A DNA stretch of 64,000 bases from assembly GCA_000934665.2 (NCBI GenBank), contig JYFJ02000468.1, positions 62,001 to 126,000 on the forward strand, written 5' to 3'. The translations under genes were made by a program, and so were the position numbers. Shown here one piece after another: positions 50,001 through 60,684 of the stretch. Below the pieces are notes generated by a model, which had not been told where the DNA came from, did no database searches, and saw only the letters and a list, made by a program, of their open reading frames with translations. Origin of the DNA: Catajapyx aquilonaris. Taxonomy: Eukaryota. Position 1 is the first letter of the stretch; each line of letters opens with the position of its first letter.

Positions 50001-52551
50001 GGAAGAAGCAGAAGTTGACGACCAGGAGTTCGCGGGAATGAAGAAGAAGAAGAAGCCGAAGAAACAGCCGAACCAGAAAAAAATTATTGAGAAGGAAGTC
50101 GCGTCTGACACGGAGATGGACAAGCAGAAGGAAAAAAAAGACGTGAAGAGCCAAAAAAGGAGGCTTAAGAGCGCGCCGGCCATTCTTTACGAGCGGAAAG
50201 AGAAGGACTACAAGAAGCTGTGGATACCTGTTACAGAGAAGACGAAAGAAGGGAAACAAATGAAGGTGCGACATATGGACTTCAAGGAAAAAGAGATCAA
50301 TTGGGTTGTCGAATCGACGGTGGAGGAACAAGACTGGAGGGCAGAAAGAGATAAAGTCAAATCGGTTAGGAGACACACTTATCCGAAGCACGGGATGCCC
50401 CTACCGAAAACCGATACCAAAACCCCTCTTGACATTGTGGACACCAAAACAGGTGCCACAAAGCCTTCAGATGCCCAGTATTCGAAAAAGAAGGTTGGAG
50501 AAGCACCGGTACCTCAAAAAGCGAAAGTGACCGGCAGGATCGGCGAGGAAGTACAGCTTGGTGGCCCGAAGCAGAAGCCTCCAGATCAGACCGACTCGGA
50601 GGCTGAGGACCAGCACAAACCAGTTGTGCCCCAGTACAAAACAGATAGGTTCGAGAGAAAAAGAGAGAGGTTCCAGGAAAAATCATATGGGTACCAGGAA
50701 AAACCACTTGGGTTCGAGTTAAAAGCAGATGCTGGGTTCCAGTTCCAAATAAAAGGGGCCCAGGTAAAAGGAGCCGATGAGCACCAGCCCAAACGAGATG
50801 AGTACCATATATACCAGCCCAAACGAGATGCGTACCAGTCCAAACGATATGAGTACCAGCGCAAAGCAGATGAGTACCAACGCAAAGCAGATGAGTACCA
50901 GCGCAAAGCAGATGAATGCCAGCCCAAACGAGTTGAGTACCAGCGCAAAGCAGATGAGTACCAGCCCAAACGAGATGAGTACCAGCGCAAAGCAGATGAG
51001 TACCAGCCCAAACGAGATGAGTACCAGCGCAAAGCAGATCAGGACCAGCCCAAACCAGATGAGTACCAGCGCAAAGTAGACGAGGACCAGCCCAAACGAG
51101 ATGAGGACCAGCCCAAACCAGATGAGTACCAGCCCAAACCAGATGAGTACCAGCCCAAACCAGATGAGTACCAGCCCAAACCAGATGAGTACCAGCGCAT
51201 AGCAGAGGACCAGTGCAAAGCAGATGAGGACGAGCGCAAAGCAGATGAGTTCAAGCGCAAAACAGATGGGGAGCATGACCTGAACGTAATTCACCGGAGA
51301 TCTACAGCGTCACGGTACAGCACGCGTCGGCACTATGGCGATGACACTCTTAGAAGCGTGTCCAGCAGGGAAGCACTGTTAGACGACGGGCGCTTTCTCG
51401 ACGAGTGGCCTTACACAGAGCGAGAGGCACGACAGAAAGTCATAAGAAGGCAACGCGAATTGTCCTCATTGTCAGGCGAGGACTCCCGATCCTTTCACAG
51501 TGACATTTACGACGGTTCGAGGTTCCTCGGTCGTCGACGACGCACTGACAGCGGTACTGTGGACTGGGATGACGGCTGGGTCTCCTCCGACCGTGCATCA
51601 GGCAGCAGGGGTCGATTTCGTCCTAGCACCCCTGGTCGTAGGTACGGGCCCGATTCTGGCTCGTTTCGTCGCGAAGACGTCGGTCGTCGGCCGGTAGACA
51701 TGGGAGATGAGCATGATTGGGAAAGTCACGACCAGTTTCCGACGAGGGCCAGCCATCGTCGTGATATTCGCAGTAGGAGTCGTCGCTACAGCAGGTTCGA
51801 CGAAGACGAGGATCATTTTCCTGATAGCTCCAGCCGGTCACATGGTCGCCCTACGGTCGGTCGTCTTGGAGTGTCCAGCAGCATGTGCTTGAGCTGTACT
51901 ATGGGGTAGGTTTATGACCCAGTGTGTTGATGGCGAGCTATAACGACGCAAACCCTCCTCTTGACAGGCGATCTGATAGAGAACTTGGTGACACTGACTC
52001 ATTCGCGTACGTTGATGCGGCAGTAGCGAAAAAAGCGATGGAAGTGCAAGTCGACGAAAAAATGGCGGAAATGGTAGAGCATTGGGAAGACTATAGTGAT
52101 CTCATAGCCAACATCGACTGGGAGAAGATGTCAGTCATGGAGTGTCCAGACGGGATTGGAAAGGTGCGTTTACGGTCAGTTGTTCTGTGTATAAAAACGT
52201 CGTGAGTGATTGGTGAATTAATATCTTTGCAGGGTGAGTGGCTGAATATGCGTCTAATTCGAGACGAGACATCATGGCAGTTGCGCTTCCACATTTTGCA
52301 TCGGACCATATTGGCTCATCGCAACGAAGCAATGCTCAGGAAGTCCATGTTTCAGCGTTCTGTTGCTCTGCACCACGTGGCGCCCGGATTTTATGAGGTA
52401 GGATATGCTTAGCAGGATGGTGCACTGCCCAATAATTATTGCAAAGGATGGGTGGAGAATCTGACAGTATATTGCCATTATATTATTTCAGGAAGAAGGT
52501 AAACCTCCTATGGGTTTGCATGGTGTCCGGTTTGAACCGGACTCGTCCTAA
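47022..52551 (+). CDS. Orphan 13-exon gene, ~1208 aa: helical/coiled-coil N-terminus, Lys/Glu-rich segment, 7-aa repeats, Arg/Ser/Asp-rich segment
   Basis: Exons 47022-47104, 47311-47439, 47517-47637, 47828-47919, 48189-48366, 48698-48844, 48927-49091, 49190-49366, 49558-49622, 49857-51905, 51968-52163, 52233-52397, 52492-52551 join through GT-AG introns into one open frame of 3627 nt. Confidence 0.75.
48455..48607. mobile_element. Small TA-flanked MITE in an intron of the orphan gene
   Basis: TA|cagtccgtaaaaccaaagaacgatatgacgtcac ... gtgacgtcagatagttctttggcttaaaggactg|TA. Confidence 0.75.
50776..51264 (+). repeat. Coding 21-bp minisatellite (~23 units; DEYQPKR/DEYQRKA/DEYQPKP)
   Basis: gatgagtaccagc(c/g)caaa(cga/gca/cca) units in frame within exon 10 of the orphan gene. 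Confidence 0.95.
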
Positions 52552-53886
52552 TGAGTAAGCCTGTGAGTTTGGTTGTGCCTATGCCACATCTTTGGCACGA
52601 ACCACGGCATTTGACATCACATTTCAAAAAAGCCAATCTATGCGTTCGTTTCCTACTTCTCAACTTGGAGTTAGCCCTAACCAGAGATGAGAAAAGTCGC
52701 CGGCCCGCAGTGAATGACAGTGAATTGCCTTGAGGACACTCATATATGATATTTCCAGGTCAACAAGCAATGAGAAACCAGTTTGCCATTCTGGGGAGTT
52801 ATAGCGCGCAGCGCGCAGTAACCTGAATATGAAAAATAACGCTCTTTTTAAATTCAAATTATTAACATCTAAACTTTGAAAGGGGAAACAATAAAAATTA
52901 TTTGTACTACTGCAGCTTTCAGCTGTCTATTCCATGATTGTGAAGCTGAAGTCATGAAGAATAAGTAGTATGGTCACTATACCCCACTCACTGTACATGT
53001 ATGTTTATTAGTGATTTCAGATAATAGCAGGCATATTATATGACTTCAGCTACACCACTGATGAAACATACAGTGCATCTGATTAAAAAACGGGAATTGA
53101 CTCGGAAGAGGGTCAAAAAGGGACATGTCAAATTGTCAAGCAGGGCTGCATGGGAGATGTGTCAATATCAATATAATTATATGCCTATCCATTCTGGTGC
53201 CAGTGACTTGTGGTGAAAGTGTGTCTGGAGGCCAGTCCATGCTTTTTGTGGTTAAGCAAGTGGATTTGTCACATATCAGGATCGAAGGCAGTGTGGTAAG
53301 TGAAGTTTAATTATTTAGGTAATTCTTGTGCTTACAAGGAGGTACTCCGGTGTACACCAGCAGTGGTACTCTTTGGTACTCTTCAGTACTCCCAGGTAAT
53401 TCTTGGTACTACACTACTTGAATTTGGTACTCCGGTGTACACTTTACAGTCGAGTGAGTCCCCCCTCGCGCATACATCCTCTTCAAAAAACCTACTATGG
53501 GGCTGGCAGATATGCTGGTTGGACGTGACACACTGGTCAAGTGGAGCAATAGTATGCCGTTTGAAATGCATGCTTTAATTTGTTAGCCTCTTGCCACGAA
53601 AATATGCTCATTGGTAACAATATAAGTTACTTGGCAGTAGTTGCATTTTCATTAACAGCTAAAATTGAGTTATCATTCTGTCACAGCTCTGGAATCATTA
53701 GAAGAATTTCTTCTTAAACCAAGATTTTATCACAATTAGAATAATCAAAACAGTCAATGAAGAAAGTCCATGTAGCCTCCATTCTGAGAAAGAATCTGCT
53801 GTGTATTAGGGAAGTCCAATGATTTTTTTTTTTTACAAAATAATTTTGAAACCTCCCATATTGCATACCACAAACAGAATAGTCAG

Positions 53887-54220
53887 GGAGGTGGAGTGGT
53901 GCTGGGGTAATGTATGCGCCCACGGATGTTAAGGTCCCAGGTTCGATCCCAGCCCGGGGACACCCTCTTCATCTCGTGCAGAGTTAGGCCATCTCTGGCG
54001 GTATCTCCAATAGACAAACCACCCGGGGGAGTTCACAAAACAACCACACATGAGACATTGCACTACACCTTGCACGTCCCCTCCTGTCATCTCGCCCGTG
54101 GACCAGGGAGTTCCAAAAATATGGTCTCACTGTACTATGTACTACAAGAAACAATAAAGGTTGGTGCTGCATACCCCAGGGTCAGGCACTACCCAAGGAT
54201 TTGGGTACGTTTATGGTACC
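53887..54220 (+). mobile_element. tRNA-derived SINE, family 2 (3' boundary uncertain)
   Basis: A-box-like tggtgctgggg, B box GGTTCGATCCC at ~53940-53950, GC-rich body in AT-rich surroundings. Unrelated to family 1. Confidence 0.5.
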
Positions 54221-54346
54221 TAAGTCAGAAGTCAGTTTTATTCCACAAAATCTGTATTGTTTTTCATCGGATTAAAAATATAAAATAACAAATAGTAAAA
54301 GGTCCTGATATCAGCCATAAAATAAATATCAAGATGAATAATTTAA

Positions 54347-56245
54347 TTAACATTCTTTGGTGAAATCTACCACCAGTAGAGGTTGTGTGAGTTGAATAAA
54401 CTTGTTCAATGGGCAAGTCTCAATGCAACCTGGCATAGTCAGTACGTATGGTTCCCTCTTCGTCTCATTGTAGTAGAGTAACTGCAAATTAAAAGTAGAT
54501 ATAACATGATAATGGATAAATCATGGATATGTCAAACTTGTCTCACACACCTTGACAAAGTGACCCCCGAAAGCACCTTGGTGTAGTTCAACTAACACAG
54601 TTGCTCCAAAAGGTGGCTGGTGGGGATCAAAAACACCCAGCAGAGAAAGAAAACTTGCAATGTTTGTGTCATGAGCTGAATACAGAAAAAGTTGCCTCTC
54701 AGGAGGATCAAGCCTGTTCGCAGAAAAGTCTGACAGGTGCTGAATAATTTCATTAAGTAGTGGTCCTGCTTTAATGCGTCTCATTTGTTGCGTGTAGTAG
54801 CGCATAGTGAAACTGTACTGCATAGGGAGTCTCATTTTCTCTGGATACACCCGTTCACTCCATTTGGGTAACGTTAGGTTGTTGTCTCTCTGCAAAATAG
54901 AGTTGAGGTTTCAATTTTATAACACTCGAAATAAAAAAGTTGATTAAACCCATTTGCCTTGTATAAGCATAAGTATAGTCAGTTTTGCTGACAGAAATGA
55001 AACCTTTGACTTCTTATCTCTCACAAAAAGGGCACTATTTCTGAGCAAAGGCAAAGGAAAACCCTACGGTTAACTTACTTCAACTGTCAGATCATCATAC
55101 AAGTCATGGACCCCAAGCGGTTCAGTGATGTTTGCCCCACTCATTTCTGTCAGAAAGTCGTACAACCAAGAGTATTCTCTCTGGATACGCTCCATTTCTA
55201 AGCTGGACATTACTTGCTTCAATTCTTCTTCATAGCGACTGCATGGGTACTCTTGGAACAAGAGCTGTAAAAGTGAATCATTCGCGTCTCAAACTATGTA
55301 ATGTAGGAAATTAACTTACATAGTCTGAATCAGTTGGCACACTGTGCACTGGAATAGGCTGCCATTTTACATCATGATTCCACACTTGGTATCCTTCTGG
55401 AGGGTACAAGCCAGCCAGAAGAGATTCAGCACTCATGAGGGTGCGCTCCATGTCCGTACTTCTCGCATACACATACTTGTAAAAATACTTCTTTTGGAGG
55501 AAGTTAGCATAACGCTTGCGGATATATTGGCCCAATTCATACATACGAAGCTTGCCAGCCTGGAAGTTATTGCCTGTATGTCACACAAGTGCTGCTCTGA
55601 CTTGTACCATATTCCTTACCCACATTAGTGAGTTGACCAAGTCCACTTGGCCAGTACGATGTGTTCACATACGGATCGTTTGGGGTTCCTCTGTACACAC
55701 TTCTGTCACCATGACGATGTATCTGTAAAAAAAAAATGCACTGTTGCAATGCTCTATTACATCTGCTTTCATTATTGTGCCAGGGAGCATATACTACATC
55801 AATGTAGTATATGCTCCCTGATTGTGCATTCATTCTTGGAGCATGTTGCTAAACTCAGTGGCTGCCACAGCAGGAAGTAAGCAAGTCATTTTTCAACAAT
55901 AAATTACTTACTTCCTGCTGTGTCAACAGCGGAGTTTAACAACATGCACTTGGTTACACAATTGTCGTGAAGAACTGTTTTTTATCGAAAGCCATAAAAA
56001 GTCTCACATTCATGATAAAATTCCTCCTAATTATCCTGAACTGCACTCCCTCATTTTCTGTGCTTGTGCACTTCCATCATAGAAAAGAAATTCACAAATG
56101 CAACTGTAAAGTATGTTCTCACCACATGTAGTAGTTTCATCGTTGATGCCACATGTATCGGATAGCTCAGCACAAATACCACAACAGCAGAGATTAACAC
56201 AAAATAAGCAAACCAAACTGCACGTAGTCGTGGCCTCCACCACAT
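54347..56245 (-). CDS. AP13: histidine acid phosphatase, basic plus hydrophobic N-terminus (type II-like), no C-terminal anchor
   Basis: MWWRPRLRAVWFAYFVLISAVVVFVLS, IHRHGDRSV, SAHDTNI. Ends ...DFTKEC*. An upstream in-frame ATG exists at 56365. Confidence 0.9.
55781..55820. repeat. Perfect 40-bp palindrome flanked by a 7-bp direct repeat (possible transposon excision footprint)
   Basis: attgtgc|cagggagcatatactacat-ca-atgtagtatatgctccctg|attgtgc. Confidence 0.85.
55840..55948. repeat. ~44-bp imperfect inverted repeat, mini-MITE in AP13 intron 1
   Basis: gcatgttgctaaactc...cacagcaggaagtaag / cttacttcctgctgtg...gagtttaacaacatgc, flanked by cttgg on both sides. Confidence 0.7.
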
Positions 56246-57049
56246 ACGTCCGAACCTGTAGTGTCCCAACACCTGCAACACAAGCCTCGGCTGATCAACA
56301 CGTGACTTTGAAACGACTGTAAGTTTGATACTTACTGCTCTCATGTGGACTATTGCCATTGTCATGTGTGATTTAAAAATGCTGAAGTCTAACTAGGAGT
56401 GAGGTCATGTAAAGTGCAATCAGTAGTATCAGCACTTGAACTTTGGATCTTTTCCCATTGAAGTAGTAAGCAAAAAAGCAAGATAAGAAAAGTGATGTAT
56501 TTTGTATTTCAACACTGCAATCTACACAAAACATACAGTATATACACAAATACATTTAATCAGCAAAAATGAGGTAATCATATGACTTTCTGGAATGTCT
56601 AGGAAAAGTTACAAGTTCTTTACATAATTACCACAAAACTGGTGAAAAGTGCACTGTAAATATCAGTTTGTCTTTTTTACATACAAAATAAAAATGTGCC
56701 AGCTAGTTTCTCTACGCCACTGAATTTTTTCTAACAGTTCATTGTTCCAATGTACTAAAAACAGGTAGTTAAAAGGCAATTTACGGAATTCAAACCTTAA
56801 CATGCAACCTATAAAATTGAGCAAGACACAAAACACAGCAATTTTAATTTACATTAATTATAAATTATTTGTACCCATATATCATTAATTCATAAAATTT
56901 AGTCATGAATTCCTCTAAATTGCCTTTAACGTCCACAACTAAAATAATATTCCCATGAGCGATTTTTAAAACAACACTAGCATATTTCAAAAACACCCCA
57001 GGCTGGCTATCACATCTCGTACATTTCACAGCACCAAAGTTCCACTCAC

Positions 57050-59418
57050 TCACTCTGCCTGAACAGTAAAATACCGATATGGCTTCATGCTCCGTTGCCA
57101 AAACATAAGTCCTATTAAAATTGATGCCATAAGCACCAGTCCCAGCACCCCAGCCAGTATAGTCGCACCAATAGTGATCCCAGGCAAGCTTGCAATAAAC
57201 ACATCTAGTTTTTCACTGTTGCATTCCTTATGCCAGTCCAAAGGCACCATTGGATGCATCAAGCTCTCAAATGTTTCCAATGGACAATCCGCAGCACAAT
57301 TTTTCACTTGAAGTTGCCACAACTTTGGCTCTTCAGATGTGTCATTTTTGTAGAACATCCGCACAAAACTTGAATTGTTCGCACTTCGGTGCAGCTCCAC
57401 TATTATCATTGATGCATATGGAGGTGGGACATTGTTGTACACACCCAGAGCTTGCTGTAAGGCAGCCAAAGTGCTGTCATGCGCTGAGTACATGAAAAAC
57501 TTACGACTAGCAGGTGACAATCTTCCATCAATTTTCTCCTTCATGTTGGTTATCATCTCCCCAAGCACAGGCCCACCTCTAAGACGAGCCATCTCAGGAG
57601 TGTAGCCAATTATGGCAAAACTCAGGAGAAACAGTGGATGCATTGCAGTTGGATACACGGAATCAGTCCACGCAGGCAGAGTCAGATTATACAATTTCTG
57701 TAGAAGAAAAAGTCAATTCACATTTTAGATTCACCACGCATTAGTTATTTATTAACACTACTGGCATAATCTTTCCAGTGTGTAACAAACTTGAAAAATT
57801 AAGACGCACCTCAATGAGGAGAGTATCGTACAAATCTCCAACTTGCTTTGGTGTGTCCAGTACCTTCCCTGTGTGTCGCCACAGATATGCAAACAGCTCT
57901 TGAAACTGTGACAGAAGCTGCTTCATCTCAGTGCTATTGTATAGTTTCTGAAGCTCAATTTCATACCGTGGACACTTGGAGTCCATTGTCAGCTACCAGA
58001 AAAAACAAAGGTAAAATCAGACCGGATGTTCAGTTATGAAATTACCTGTAGCTCCTCAGTACATCTCTGCTAAGACGTGTTAAGTTATGTAAATGTAGGC
58101 TATTGGTGACTGGATCATAATGATTCTTGTGATTGCACAGGATGCAATTACAACGTTCAGTAAGAAACTTTGAAATGCTGTCTGGAGGTAAATTAATGTT
58201 AAATTACTCAATTCTCATATTCTTAAGCATTGTATGGCATCCAATCTTTTCTTCATCCTGATAATTCCTCATATATCCTTGAACAAAGAAAAACATTCTC
58301 TCCTAATCTCCAGCTGGTCATTCACACAACTCAACTCTGGTTAAGTCATCTATATGCTTTTTTTTCAACCAATGTGACAAAGTGCAGTTGCATCATATGC
58401 CTCCTAGTATCAAGTACTTCAGTATTGCAAACATTTACCAAAATAGGGCACAACATATCAATGAGGTTAGGTTTGTTGACACTGCTAGCAGAGGAGATTG
58501 TGAGAATACTACAGTAAATTATACGCACCGGGTCAACATCCTTAGGCATGGTATGAATAGGAACAGGCTGCCAATCAATCGATGGGTCCCACAGTTCATC
58601 ACCAATAGGAGGAAAAAGGCCTGCGAGGTTGGTAGCAGCACTCATCAGGGTTCGATCCACATCTGTGCTGCGTACGTAAATCTGCTCGTACTTATACTTC
58701 TTATTGATGAACCCATCGTATCGATGACGCAGGAACTGCCCAAGGTGATACTCCATTGTTTTGCCTCTCTGCAATTGCAAATGTGGTCAATTAATAAAAT
58801 CAGCACAATGCTCCTTAGATCAGCCGGCATGACACTACGAATAACTTCATGCTCAAATTGTGAATGCCCTGCTTACATTTGTCAGCTGGCCCCATCCTTG
58901 TGGCCAATACGATACGTTATTGTATGGGTCGGTCGGATATGACGAAATGGGTGCCCTATCTCCATGTCTGTATATCTGGAATGGAAAATGTGGCCATTAC
59001 CCTCTCCAACACCTCACACAACATTTACAACAATCTTCCAAATGCCAATGCTCTAACAAGGACCCTGCAGCCGCAGTAGATTACAGACGGCATTGGTCTA
59101 CTATTGTCAAGTAGAATCTGCTCCGTGGTGCTTGATGCACACTTTTCAATTGATCGGACAAGTCAAACCCATTGTGAAAAGACACCCAATCTGCGGTGCA
59201 CCCAAACTTACCACCTGCAGCAGCTCCAGTGATCCGACCTGAGCCTGCCCCTCTGCAGGCAACGGCTGCGGTGCTGACCCAAACCTCCTGTCCAGCATCT
59301 GGTACATGGTCCTGGCCGTCTCCCTGGACACCAGTCTGTGGTGGACATTCCCCCAACACTCCCTGGCTGCCAGCAATATTACCCAGATCAAAAGGCTTCC
59401 TCTGAGTCTTGGGATCAT
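57050..59418 (-). CDS. AP14: lysosomal acid phosphatase-like (ACP2/Acph-1-like), most canonical member, type I TM
   Basis: [41 protein letters not shown] helix and tail [15 protein letters not shown]. 5 coding exons. Confidence 0.93.
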
Positions 59419-60188
59419 TGCTTTTTTTGGGAGGGTCTCAGGAGACAACCAGCTGCACTCAAAAGGCCTTGAGAAGCAGGCTTGGAAATAGAGGGTGTGG
59501 GTTGGAAGTCGAATCCGGACTGGCACACTGCGGTTTGGCACTAGGTCCTACACATCAAGTTTTATCAGTGTTTACTTCAGTTCACGTGATGGGCAGGAGT
59601 CATGAACCTGTGTGGTAAAACGATGTGCTGTTATCTTAATTACAGAGGGTGGCATTCATTAAAGGGAAGGGGTCATTCTCACTTGATGATTGATGAATTG
59701 CGATATACATGCGGAATCTTACGGGTTATTTAAATGCACAAAGGTCACAGCTGATTCAAGCATGTCAGTATAGTATATTACGCATGATCTGGCATGATTT
59801 GTCAGCATTGGTGGTGATGGAAATAAGTAATGGGCTGATTTTAATGTATTTGTGCAATATCCAGATATATCTTACTGTGCACATAGGCGACTTTTTCTGC
59901 TTCTTATGGCGCAATAATTTTATTGACAATCGTTATATCTTAGAATGCCAGGCATTTGTAAAAATACACACCTGATACACAATCATCTTGGATAAGGAGG
60001 GAAAAGAGAATAAAGCTACAGTACAAACTATACAAAGAATCATAAAAGAGTGATACCCTATACTCTGGTGATATGTGTTTATTTTTGCAGTGATAACATA
60101 TATGGCAAAATCGTGAAAGTCAAAAGAAAAATAACTAGGCCTACTATTTTTGTCTCCATTACGTATAGGGGTCATCATTTTATAGTAT

Positions 60189-60684
60189 TAGTACGGCGGC
60201 TTATTAAAAGTATTATGCACAAAAGCGATTTTAAATTTTTTTACGTGATCTACGCACCATAAGGAGCATTTTGAGGGTTAGAGCCACCTCCAAAAGTTTC
60301 CGGTTAATTTTTTTTACAGCCGTTCAAAGTTTAAAACAGTGCGTAAGTGAAAATTGCGTGGTACCAGCTTCTACGTTTGGCTACTACGGTGGTCGTTCTG
60401 GTGTCATTTCCTATATAGGTTTATTTTAGGGGTCGAGGAAATGACACCAGAACGACCACCGTAACCAAACGTAGTAGAAGCTGGTAACACGCAATTTTGA
60501 GAATTTTCACTTACGCACTGTTTTAAACTTTGAAAGAATGTAAAAATTAACCGGAAACTTTTGGAGGTGGCTCCAACCCTCAAAATGCTCCTTATGGTGC
60601 GTAGATCACAAAAAAAACATTAAAATCGGTTTTTGGTTCGAAGTGCATAATTCAGTCTCATATCGGCATTAAGCCGCAGGACTA
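60189..60684. mobile_element. ~500-bp foldback/palindromic MITE (more diverged)
   Basis: Arms such as gtgatctacgcaccataaggagcattttgagggtt / aaccctcaaaatgctccttatggtgcgtagatcac, continuing to a ~25-nt loop near 60412-60436, with indels. Confidence 0.85.

Noticed and set aside
50586..51294. Hydrophobic repeat ORFs on the minus strand and in alternative frames; CRISPR-like periodicity
   Set aside because: Alternative readings of the 21-bp coding minisatellite. No unique spacers, no cas genes, eukaryotic context.
53341..53445. Short ggtactc / ggtactccggtgtacac repeats
   Set aside because: Too short and irregular to assign. Probably repeat debris.
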